DNA of 64,000 nucleotides from an uncultured delta proteobacterium (GTDB lineage Bacteria; Myxococcota; Kuafuiibacteriia; Kuafuiibacteriales; Kuafuiibacteriaceae): NCBI GenBank assembly GCA_963803435.1, contig CAWDML010000003.1, positions 576,001 to 640,000 of the forward strand, read 5' to 3'. Shown piece by piece: positions 22,922 to 33,107 of this stretch (position 1 is its first letter; each line of letters starts with the position of its first letter). The notes under the pieces were generated by a model. It saw only the letters and a program-made list of their open reading frames with translations, ran no database searches and was not told where the DNA came from. The position numbers and the translations under genes were made by a program.

Positions 22922-23478
22922 ACACCTAGCCCTCGTACGTACTCGAACGTCCATCGCGCTTCCACGACCGACCAGAGGCCGCCCCCGTCATCGATGCGCC
23001 CCAGGTTGCGCTTCTCTCCCGGCGTACCGCCGCTGATCGGCTCGGCCCACTCGGGGGCGTCGGTCACGAAGAGCGAGACGACCCCCGAGAAGAAGACGAT
23101 ACCGAGATCGTTCGGGTCGAACCTGAGGTCGACGCCGTGCTCGAACGGCTGGACCGACTCGTGCGGCTTGCCCGGCTCACGCTCCGAGATCTGCTCGCCG
23201 AGCCACTTCGTGTTGTCGAAGTCGTTGTTCGCGACCCAGCGGAAGAGGAGCCGATCGCTGTCCAGGTCGACGACGTTGTCGGCCTTCAGCACGTACTGCT
23301 CGTCGCAGTTGAGGTCGACCCGGGTCTTGGGCGCGGAGGGGATCAGCTGCGTCAGATCGATCTTGGGCGGGTAGGGCCCCGGCACCTCCGGCGTCAGGCC
23401 GTCGGGGGGGATCACACATCCGGAGAGAGACATCGACGCCGCGATCGAGAGCAGGAGCTGTGCCGAAGTCCGCGCCAC
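22903..23478 (-). CDS. Hypothetical lipoprotein
   Basis: Signal peptide with lipobox LSGC followed by VIPP; overlaps the next gene. Confidence 0.7.
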   Translation of the reverse strand: MARTSAQLLLSIAASMSLSGCVIPPDGLTPEVPGPYPPKIDLTQLIPSAPKTRVDLNCDEQYVLKADNVVDLDSDRLLFRWVANNDFDNTKWLGEQISEREPGKPHESVQPFEHGVDLRFDPNDLGIVFFSGVVSLFVTDAPEWAEPISGGTPGEKRNLGRIDDGGGLWSVVEARWTFEYVRGLGVCEQPN

Positions 23479-23567
23479 GGAGGATAGTTCCCGGGTCTCG
23501 GCATCTTATACCGGTTCCCTACCCGTGTGGGTGCGCCTCGGGTCGGACACGGCTGTCGTGCGGAGCC

Positions 23568-25457
<1,890 letters not shown>

Positions 25458-25480
25458 CGGTAAGGAGCTACATACCTCAC

Positions 25481-26209
25481 CTACGGGGTGGCCTGCACAT
25501 CGGCCTCCAGACGATCCAGGAGAAAAATGCCGTGGATCACGCTGCCGACGTACGCCAGCACCGCCACCGCCAGCCCGCTGTACATGACCGCGAGCCATCG
25601 GTCATAGGCCGGGAGGTCCGGCGGCGTCCGCGAGGCGCCGATCCAGCCCCCGATGTTGGCGGCGAGCCCGAGCGTCTGCACCACCGCGAACGATGCGCCC
25701 CACCCGGGCTGGTCCAGCACGAACTGGGGCACGCCGAAGGGGAGGAAGGCGGTCGCCCGGTGGGGCACGACCACCAGCTTCAGCTTCATCGGCGGCTCAG
25801 GGTTGGGATTCTCGCCCCGCTCCGCCAGGATCTTGTCGAGCGTGGGCTTGAGCTCGCGCCGAACGCCTTCGAAGGTGGCGATCACCTCGGGTGGCACCAC
25901 GAACGGATCGAGCTCGTGCCTGGGGTCGATCAGCAAGAGGTCGCCGAACTCCTCCTTCGCCTCCTCGACGCGCCCGAGCAGGTGAAGGCTCACGCCCATC
26001 AGTGAGCGGGCCTCCACCTTGAGCTTGTCGTCGAGGATCCGCATCGGATGCACCCAGGGGCGCAGCAGATCGAGGACCTTCTGGAAGTCGCGGAACTCGA
26101 AAGCGGCGTTCGCCAGCTCGACGGCGCTCTTCTCGTCCTTTGGCGCCTCCTGGGCGAACGCGGCGCTGCTCCCCAGCACGGCGATCAGCATCACCCACCG
26201 AGGCGGCAC
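25481..26209 (-). CDS. Secreted/membrane TPR-like protein
   Basis: Signal peptide (SSAAFA), TPR-like helix pair, LDPFVVPPEV, C-terminal hydrophobic segments with PFGVPQF. Confidence 0.7.
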   Translation of the reverse strand: MPPRWVMLIAVLGSSAAFAQEAPKDEKSAVELANAAFEFRDFQKVLDLLRPWVHPMRILDDKLKVEARSLMGVSLHLLGRVEEAKEEFGDLLLIDPRHELDPFVVPPEVIATFEGVRRELKPTLDKILAERGENPNPEPPMKLKLVVVPHRATAFLPFGVPQFVLDQPGWGASFAVVQTLGLAANIGGWIGASRTPPDLPAYDRWLAVMYSGLAVAVLAYVGSVIHGIFLLDRLEADVQATP

Positions 26210-26230
26210 GGGCGGAAGGATGCCCTTCCT

Positions 26231-27964
26231 TCAGTACGACGTCCAACCCCGGAACTCGTCCGGGTTCTCTTCGATCTCTTTTTGGTCGCGGGCGACCCGG
26301 AATCGCAGCTCGCCCACCTCGGGTCCGCGCGCGCCGTCGATGATCGAGAAGATGCGCCCGGTGCTGTCGACCTCGACGATCCGCGGTGCGTATCTCCCCG
26401 GGACGCCGGCCTGGCCGCCGCGGGGCTTCTCCACGTAGACCTGGTGGCGTCCCACCGGCAGCGTGACCTCGCGAAGCACCTTTCCGGGGAACACTTGGTC
26501 GTCGACGTGGATGTCTCCGAACCCGGATCCAATGCGGACGTTCAGCCGTCCCACGATCGGCTCGGCCGGCGGCGGCTCCACCCGATCGCTGGGCATTGGC
26601 GGAGGCGGTGGCGGTGGCGGCGGCGCGACGTGTCTCGCGACCCCCTTGCTCCGCGGCGGAGCGCGCGTCACCGGAGGCGGGTCGATCGGTGAATCCGGGT
26701 GCGCCGCCGCCGCGCCGACGCTCGCCGTGTGGGCGCGCTCGGGCCGGTGCTCGACCTTCGAGACGATCGCCGCGGTCACTGGGACCGCCCCGTCGACGGC
26801 GGCGCGGCCCGTCTGCTCGGCGCCGGCGATGGTGGCCGCCCCCCAGCCGGCGCCGCCGACGGCGCACAGAAGACCGGTCGCGGCCACCGCCTGCTTGGCG
26901 CGGCGGACCATCCGCTCCTTCTTGCCGATCCGCGCCGACAGCGCCTTCACCTTCTCGTGGTGGGGATCGATCGCGAGCACGCGGTTGAATCGATCCATCG
27001 CCCGCGCCACGTTCTGCTCGGCCAGTGCCGTCTCACCGGCGGCCGCCAGGCGATCGATCAGCTTCGGCTCCAGCCCATCCGCGAAGCCCCGCGGATCCAG
27101 CAGGAACTGCCGCGTCAGGTGTCCGGGCGGCTCGAGCTCCACCTCTCGCAACTCCTCGAACAGATCGGTCTCGAGGTGGCTCACGTCCTGGTAGCGCGCG
27201 TCCGGATCCTGCGCGAGCGCCTTCTCGATGATGCGCGCCAGCCCGTTGCCGATCTTCGGCTCGAGCATCTGGGGCGGATCGTAGCTGCCCTCGAGGATCC
27301 GGCGGAACAACGCCGACGGGGTCGGCGCCTCGAACGGCAGCTGTCCCGTGCAAAGCCAGTAGAGGATCGTGCCCAGCGAGAAGATGTCCGAGCGGTGATC
27401 CGACGGCTTCCCGTCGATCACCTCCGGGGCCATGTGCGCGGGTGATCCGAGGAGCGTACCGGTGGCCGTCAGCTTGGTGGCGCCGCCCATGATCTGTGCG
27501 ATGCCGAAGTCCATCAGCTTCAGCTGCCCGCTGGTGGTGATCATGATGTTCTCCGGCTTGAGGTCCCGGTGCACCACGCCCTGCTCGTGCGCGTGGCGGA
27601 GGGCGCGCGTCAGCTCGGCCAGCACCAGCGCGCCCAGCTCCGGGAACCGAGGCGCGCCGTGCTCCTCGACGAACTTGCGCAGCGTCTTCCCCTCGATCAG
27701 CTCGGTGACGATGTACGCGGGCTCGGCGTCGGGGCCGGAGTAGTCGAAGATCTCCAGGATGCCCGGGTGATGGAGCTTCGCCACCGCCACCGCCTCGCGA
27801 TGGAAGCGCCGGCGAGCCTCGGGCTGCTTGGCGAGGAACGCGTGGAGCACCTTGAGGGCGACGTCGCGCGCGAGCTGCTGGTCGCGCGCGCGATAGACGA
27901 CGCTCATCCCGCCCTGCCCGAGCTCACCGAGGACCGTGTATCTCTCGAGCTCAGGCGTGCTCAC
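26231..27964 (-). CDS. Membrane Ser/Thr protein kinase
   Basis: LGQGGMSVVY, VALK, HRDLKPEN, DFG, MAPE; TPR, TM, Pro-rich linker, PEGA-like C-terminus. Confidence 0.95.
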   Translation of the reverse strand: MSTPELERYTVLGELGQGGMSVVYRARDQQLARDVALKVLHAFLAKQPEARRRFHREAVAVAKLHHPGILEIFDYSGPDAEPAYIVTELIEGKTLRKFVEEHGAPRFPELGALVLAELTRALRHAHEQGVVHRDLKPENIMITTSGQLKLMDFGIAQIMGGATKLTATGTLLGSPAHMAPEVIDGKPSDHRSDIFSLGTILYWLCTGQLPFEAPTPSALFRRILEGSYDPPQMLEPKIGNGLARIIEKALAQDPDARYQDVSHLETDLFEELREVELEPPGHLTRQFLLDPRGFADGLEPKLIDRLAAAGETALAEQNVARAMDRFNRVLAIDPHHEKVKALSARIGKKERMVRRAKQAVAATGLLCAVGGAGWGAATIAGAEQTGRAAVDGAVPVTAAIVSKVEHRPERAHTASVGAAAAHPDSPIDPPPVTRAPPRSKGVARHVAPPPPPPPPPMPSDRVEPPPAEPIVGRLNVRIGSGFGDIHVDDQVFPGKVLREVTLPVGRHQVYVEKPRGGQAGVPGRYAPRIVEVDSTGRIFSIIDGARGPEVGELRFRVARDQKEIEENPDEFRGWTSY

Positions 27965-27970
27965 TCTGTT

Positions 27971-29068
27971 CTACCCGAATTCGATGCCGAGCCTTCGCCC
28001 GGTCGCCACCAGCTCACCCTCGGGATCGACTCGCTTTTGCTGCGAGATCGCCTCCCCGAGCGGAACGCTGGCGATGTCCGCTCCGTGCAGCGCGACCATT
28101 CGGCCCCAGCGACCCTTGTCCGCGAGCTCGACGGCTGCGCTGCCGAAGCGCGTCGCGAGCAACCTATCGTAGCTCGAAGGTGTGCCCCCTCGCAGCAGAT
28201 GCCCGAGCACCGTGACTCGGGTCTCGAGGCCGGTCCGGACCGTGATCCCTTCCGCCGCCAGCGCGCCCGCCCCGCCCAGCCGGGGCATTCCCCCGGTGGT
28301 GGGCAGCGCTTCGATGAACGCCTGGCGGCCGCCGGCCGGGAACGCACCCTCTGCGATCACGACGATGGAGAAGAAGCGGCCGGCCGCCTGGCGGCGGCGT
28401 ACTTTGTCGCACACGCGCTGAATGTCGTACGGGATCTCGGGGATCAGGATGCAGTCCGCCCCGCCGGCCAGCCCCGCGTGAAGCGCAATCCAGCCACAGT
28501 TGCGGCCCATGACCTCGATGACCATGACGCGGTCGTGCGACTCCGCGGTGGAGTGGAGGCGATCGACAGCGTCCGTGGCCACCTCGACGGCCGTGTTGAA
28601 GCCGAAGGTCACGTCTGTGGCTGCGATGTCGTTGTCGATCGTCTTGGGCACGCCCACCACCCGGGCGCCCTGGTCCTCGAGCTGCTTGGCGATGCGGAGC
28701 GTGCCGTCGCCTCCCACGCAGATCAGGCCGTCCAGCTCCAGGATCCGCATCGCCTCGAGCACCTCCTCCGAGCGATCGACGAACACGGTCGACCCGTCGG
28801 GCTGCTTGACCGGAAACGCGAACGGATCGCCGCGGTTGGTGGTCCCCAGGATCGTCCCGCCCTTGGTCAGGATGCCGCGGACCGAGTCGCGCGCGAGCGG
28901 CTCGACGTCGTACGGGGAGGAGAGCAGGCCGTTGAACGAGTCGCGAATGCCGACCAGCTCGAAGCCGAAGTAGGTCACGCCCGCCTTCACGACGGCCCGG
29001 ATGACCGCATTGAGGCCGGGGCAGTCGCCGCCTCCGGTCAGCAGGCCGAGGCGTGTTCGTCGGACCAT
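27971..29068 (-). CDS. pfkA: 6-phosphofructokinase (probably ATP-dependent)
   Basis: TGGGDCPGLN, GGTILGT, GGDGT, PKTIDND, EVMGR motifs. Confidence 0.93.
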   Translation of the reverse strand: MVRRTRLGLLTGGGDCPGLNAVIRAVVKAGVTYFGFELVGIRDSFNGLLSSPYDVEPLARDSVRGILTKGGTILGTTNRGDPFAFPVKQPDGSTVFVDRSEEVLEAMRILELDGLICVGGDGTLRIAKQLEDQGARVVGVPKTIDNDIAATDVTFGFNTAVEVATDAVDRLHSTAESHDRVMVIEVMGRNCGWIALHAGLAGGADCILIPEIPYDIQRVCDKVRRRQAAGRFFSIVVIAEGAFPAGGRQAFIEALPTTGGMPRLGGAGALAAEGITVRTGLETRVTVLGHLLRGGTPSSYDRLLATRFGSAAVELADKGRWGRMVALHGADIASVPLGEAISQQKRVDPEGELVATGRRLGIEFG

Positions 29069-29096
29069 GATCGGTCATTAGCAGAGACGTGCAGCG

Positions 29097-29126
29097 TTGA
29101 CACCCGCGAAGACCCCACCCTTAACT
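29097..29126 (+). promoter_or_regulatory. Sigma70-like promoter TTGACA-N18-TTAACT
   Basis: Perfect -35 hexamer in the short divergent gap between pfkA and the acyl-CoA ligase. Confidence 0.55.
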
Positions 29127-29132
29127 GCGCCC

Positions 29133-30944
29133 GTGGCGGACAGCATCATCCAGGTCTTCGCAGAGACCGTCGCCCGGCGCGGGAACGATCCGGCGGCCCG
29201 CTTTCGAGATCGGAGCGGCCAATGGGTCACCCGGACCTGGTCGCAGATGGACAAGGCTCGCAAGATCCTCGGCGCCGGCCTCCTCGACCTGGGCCTCGCG
29301 GCCAAGGAGCGGGTCAACGTCCTGGCCGGCACCACCTACGAGTGGATGCTCGCCGACCTCGCGATCCAGACGTGCGGCGGGGAGACCGTGCCCGTCTATC
29401 AGAGCCTGCTCCCCCACGAGGTCGAGTACATCATCGACGACTCGGGTGCGGTGATGGTGTTCGTCGAGAACGCGGCGCAGCGGGACAAGGTGCTCGGCGT
29501 GGCGGCGAAGCTGCCGAAGCTCCGCAAGATCATCGTCATGTCCGACGAGAGCGACGGCGACGACCGCGTGGTGGGCTGGTCCGAGGTGATCCAGCGGGGC
29601 GAGGCCAAGCTGGCCGAGAGCGAGGCGGCGCTCGCGGCGAGGACCGCGGGTCTCACCCCCGCCGACGTCCTCACCATCATCTACACCTCCGGGACCACCG
29701 GGATGCCCAAGGGCGTGGTTCTCCCGCACTCGACGATGCTCTACGAGGTCGAGGCGGTGCTGAAGGCGAAGATCGTCGAGGCCACGGACCTCGAGCTCCT
29801 CTTCCTGCCGATGGCCCACGTCTTCGCCAAGGTCCTTCAGTGCACCTGGTTCGGCGCCGGGCACGAGATGGCGATCGACGGCGACGTCCAGAAGGTCGTC
29901 GACAACCTCGCCGAGACCCGGCCCACGGTGGTGGCGTCGGTCCCGCGGATCTTCGAGAAGGCGTACGCGCGCGTGGTCGCCCAGGGGCTCGAGGCGCCCG
30001 GCCTGCGCGGCAAGCTCTTCCGCTGGGCGCTCGACGTGAACGACCAGTACGCCCAGCACATGCTCGACGGAAAGCCGATCCCCTTCGGGCTCGACGTGCA
30101 GCTGGGGCTGGCCAAGAAGCTGGTGTTCTCGAAGGTGCACGAGAAGCTGATGGAGCGCTTCGGCGGGCGCCTCCGCTTCTTCGTCTCGGGCGGGGCGCCG
30201 CTGCCGAAGAAGATGGCGTACTTCTTTCAGAGCGCCGGGATCACGATCCTGGAGGGGTACGGCCTCACCGAGACCTCGGCGGCGACGACCGTCAATCGGC
30301 CCGAGAAGAACAAGCTGGGTACGGTGGGCCGGCCGCTCGACGGCACCGAGGTCAAGATCGCCGAGGACGGCGAGATCCTGATCCGCGGCCCGGGGGTCAT
30401 GCGCGAGTACTGGCAGCGCGCGGATGCGACCCAGGAGGTCTTCACGCCCGACGGGTTCTTCAGGACGGGGGACATCGGTGAGATCGATCGGGACGGCTAT
30501 CTCAAGATCACCGATCGCAAGAAGGACATCATCGTCACGGCCGGCGGCAAGAACGTCGCACCCCAGAACCTCGAGAACATGATCAAGGCCATGAGTCCGC
30601 TGGTCTCGCAGGTGGTGATCCACGGTGATCAGCGGAAGTACCTCACCGCGCTCCTCACCCTCGAGGCCGAGAGCGCCAAGAAGCTGGGCCTCGAGAAGGG
30701 GATCGGGGACGATTACGGCGCGGTCTGCAGATCGGACGCGGCCCGGCAGGCGATCCAGGCCATCCTGGATCAGGTGAACGGCCAGCTCGCCAGCTATGAG
30801 ACGATCAAGAAATTCGCGATCCTCGAGAAGGACTTCGAGGTGGGGCAGGAGCTGACGCCCTCGCTGAAGGTCAAGCGAAAGGTCGTCTCCGACAAATACA
30901 GGTCCCTCCTCGACGGGTTCTACGACGAGAAGGTGATCGAGTAG
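29133..30944 (+). CDS. Long-chain fatty-acid--CoA ligase (AMP-dependent synthetase)
   Basis: YTSGTTGMPKG, EGYGLTE, TGDIG, TDRKKD, LTPSLKVKR; GTG start at 29133 preferred. Confidence 0.93.
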   Translation: MADSIIQVFAETVARRGNDPAARFRDRSGQWVTRTWSQMDKARKILGAGLLDLGLAAKERVNVLAGTTYEWMLADLAIQTCGGETVPVYQSLLPHEVEYIIDDSGAVMVFVENAAQRDKVLGVAAKLPKLRKIIVMSDESDGDDRVVGWSEVIQRGEAKLAESEAALAARTAGLTPADVLTIIYTSGTTGMPKGVVLPHSTMLYEVEAVLKAKIVEATDLELLFLPMAHVFAKVLQCTWFGAGHEMAIDGDVQKVVDNLAETRPTVVASVPRIFEKAYARVVAQGLEAPGLRGKLFRWALDVNDQYAQHMLDGKPIPFGLDVQLGLAKKLVFSKVHEKLMERFGGRLRFFVSGGAPLPKKMAYFFQSAGITILEGYGLTETSAATTVNRPEKNKLGTVGRPLDGTEVKIAEDGEILIRGPGVMREYWQRADATQEVFTPDGFFRTGDIGEIDRDGYLKITDRKKDIIVTAGGKNVAPQNLENMIKAMSPLVSQVVIHGDQRKYLTALLTLEAESAKKLGLEKGIGDDYGAVCRSDAARQAIQAILDQVNGQLASYETIKKFAILEKDFEVGQELTPSLKVKRKVVSDKYRSLLDGFYDEKVIE

Positions 30945-31014
30945 CTCGCACATTGCAAAACGCGGGTCATCCGTACTTGCAAGAGCCCTCGTTTTGCCCT
31001 GAAATCTCGCCACC

Positions 31015-31965
31015 ATGCGGCTGGTTCCCATCATGTTCCCGAGCGACCTCGGACGGAGTGACCGCGGCGTGTATCGGGAGCGAGGGGAGCGCGGTGCGCC
31101 CGACGTCTTTCTCGACACGCTGGAGGGTGAGGGCGTTCGGTTCGCTCGGCCTGTCACAGTGCCGGTCGAAGCGCCGACGGATCCCGATCCCGAGGACGCT
31201 CCGCTGAAGTTCGACGCCCTCAACGCGCGCGCCATCCGGGCCCTTGCGGACCTGGTGGAGCAGGTGAACGCCGACGCTGACTTTCCGCTCGTGCTCGGCG
31301 GTGATCACTCGGCGATGTGCGGTCACGTGCTCGGACATTCGATCCGGCACCCCGAGGGCATCGGCCTCGCGGTGCTGGCCGACAGCTACGTCGATCTGGC
31401 GACACCCGCGCGCCCCGTGTTCGACGACAAGGCGCTCTACAAGGATCCGGAGGTGACGGCCACCGGCGATCTTCACCGGATGGTCATGGCGGCCAGCCTG
31501 CGCATGATCCCCGAGCAGTTCGAGGTCGGGAAGGTGATGGCGAAGAGCGCGCTGCACGCGAGTCAGACCTCGGTGGCGGGCGTGCGCGCGCGCGACTGGG
31601 CGCAGGTCAAGAAGAACGAGAAGGCGGCCAAGGTCGAGGTCTGGCGGATGGAGCGGCTCGAGTTCGACGGAGAGTCGACCTATCGATCGATGCTCACCCG
31701 CCACCTCTCCGAGGGCCCGATCGTCCTCTCGATCGACGCCAGCGGTCTCGACCCCGACATGATGACGGCGGTCTCGGACTCGCTGCCCGACGGCATCGAG
31801 TGGTCGTTCCTCAAGAAGACGCTCGAGCAATGCTTGCCGCACTTGCCCCGCATTCTGGGGATCGACATCTCCGAGCTCGATCCCACGCGCGACGACGCCC
31901 ACAAGGGTTCGATCTTGCGCTTTGCCGAGACGTTGGCGCCGTTCCTAAAGAAGCTGACGCGCTGA
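31015..31965 (+). CDS. Arginase/ureohydrolase-family protein with altered metal ligands
   Basis: LGGDHS, DSYVD (canonical DAHxD), SIDASGLDP (canonical SxDxDxxDP), ELDP. Confidence 0.8.
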   Translation: MRLVPIMFPSDLGRSDRGVYRERGERGAPDVFLDTLEGEGVRFARPVTVPVEAPTDPDPEDAPLKFDALNARAIRALADLVEQVNADADFPLVLGGDHSAMCGHVLGHSIRHPEGIGLAVLADSYVDLATPARPVFDDKALYKDPEVTATGDLHRMVMAASLRMIPEQFEVGKVMAKSALHASQTSVAGVRARDWAQVKKNEKAAKVEVWRMERLEFDGESTYRSMLTRHLSEGPIVLSIDASGLDPDMMTAVSDSLPDGIEWSFLKKTLEQCLPHLPRILGIDISELDPTRDDAHKGSILRFAETLAPFLKKLTR

Positions 31966-32017
31966 GCGGCGGTCGAGAGCGCTCGACAGCGTACGCGAGT
32001 CCTGCTTGTCTCGGCCC

Positions 32018-33097
32018 ATGTCGAGCAACGAGATCGACGTCGTACGCGCGGAGGCCGCTCCGCCCGGCGAAGCGGAGCTGAAGAGCAAGTTCCTGGGCGA
32101 GCTCGGGGGCGCGGCCGGCGATGGCGAGGCGCTGGCGCGGATCCGGTCGGAGTACTTCGGGCCGAGCGGGCACATCACGAAGTTGTTGCGGAGTGTCGGG
32201 CAGCTTCCACCGGAGCAGCGGCGCGAGGCCGGCCAGCGCTTCAATCAGCTCAAGGTGGCGCTCGAGCAGATGCTGGTCCTCGAGCTGGAGAAGTTCGAGT
32301 CGGCGGAGCGCGATCGCGAGCTTCGCCGGAGCCGCCTCGACATGACCTTGCCCGGGCGCGCCAGCCGGCCCCGCGGGGCCGTCCATCCTGTGAACCGGAT
32401 CATCGCCGAGATCAGCGACATCTTCGCCCGGATGGGCTGCGAGATCCGCACCGGCCCGGAGGTGGAGCTCGACTGGTACAACTTCGAAGCGCTCAACTTC
32501 CCGGACGACCACCCCGCGCGGGACATGCAGGACACGTTCTTCATCCGCCCGCCCGCCGGCCGCCGGATGAAGGAGCTGGTCCTCCGCACGCACACGTCGC
32601 CGGTGCAGATCCGTTCGATGGAGAAAGAGGGGGCCCCGATCCGGATCATCGCACCGGGCCGCGTCTTCCGCTGCGACGCCGACGCCTCCCACTCTCCGAT
32701 GTTCCACCAGATCGAGGGCCTGTGGGTCGACCGCGGCATCTCGTTCGCGCACCTGAAGGGCGTCCTCACCAGCTTCATCCACGCGCTGTTCGGCAACCGG
32801 CCGGTGCGCTTCCGTCCCTCGTTCTTCCCGTTCGTCGAGCCTGGCGCCGAGATGGACGTGCAGTGCGTGTTCTGCGACGGCGCCGGTTGCCGCGTCTGCA
32901 AGACCACCGGGTGGATGGAGATCCTGGGGAGCGGGATGGTGCATCCGGCCGTCCTCGAGAACTGCAAGATCGATCCGGAGAAGTTCACCGGGTTCGCGTT
33001 CGGTATGGGCATCGATCGCATCGCGATGCTGCGCTGGCACGTCGACGATCTCGCCCATCTGTTCCGGAGCGACCTGCGCTTCCTGAGCCAGCTCTGA
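32018..33097 (+). CDS. pheS: Phenylalanine--tRNA ligase alpha subunit
   Basis: HPARDMQDTF, LRTHTSPVQ, FRPSFFPFVEP, GFAFGMGIDRIAM. Confidence 0.98.
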   Translation: MSSNEIDVVRAEAAPPGEAELKSKFLGELGGAAGDGEALARIRSEYFGPSGHITKLLRSVGQLPPEQRREAGQRFNQLKVALEQMLVLELEKFESAERDRELRRSRLDMTLPGRASRPRGAVHPVNRIIAEISDIFARMGCEIRTGPEVELDWYNFEALNFPDDHPARDMQDTFFIRPPAGRRMKELVLRTHTSPVQIRSMEKEGAPIRIIAPGRVFRCDADASHSPMFHQIEGLWVDRGISFAHLKGVLTSFIHALFGNRPVRFRPSFFPFVEPGAEMDVQCVFCDGAGCRVCKTTGWMEILGSGMVHPAVLENCKIDPEKFTGFAFGMGIDRIAMLRWHVDDLAHLFRSDLRFLSQL

Positions 33098-33107
33098 GGA
33101 GAGGACC

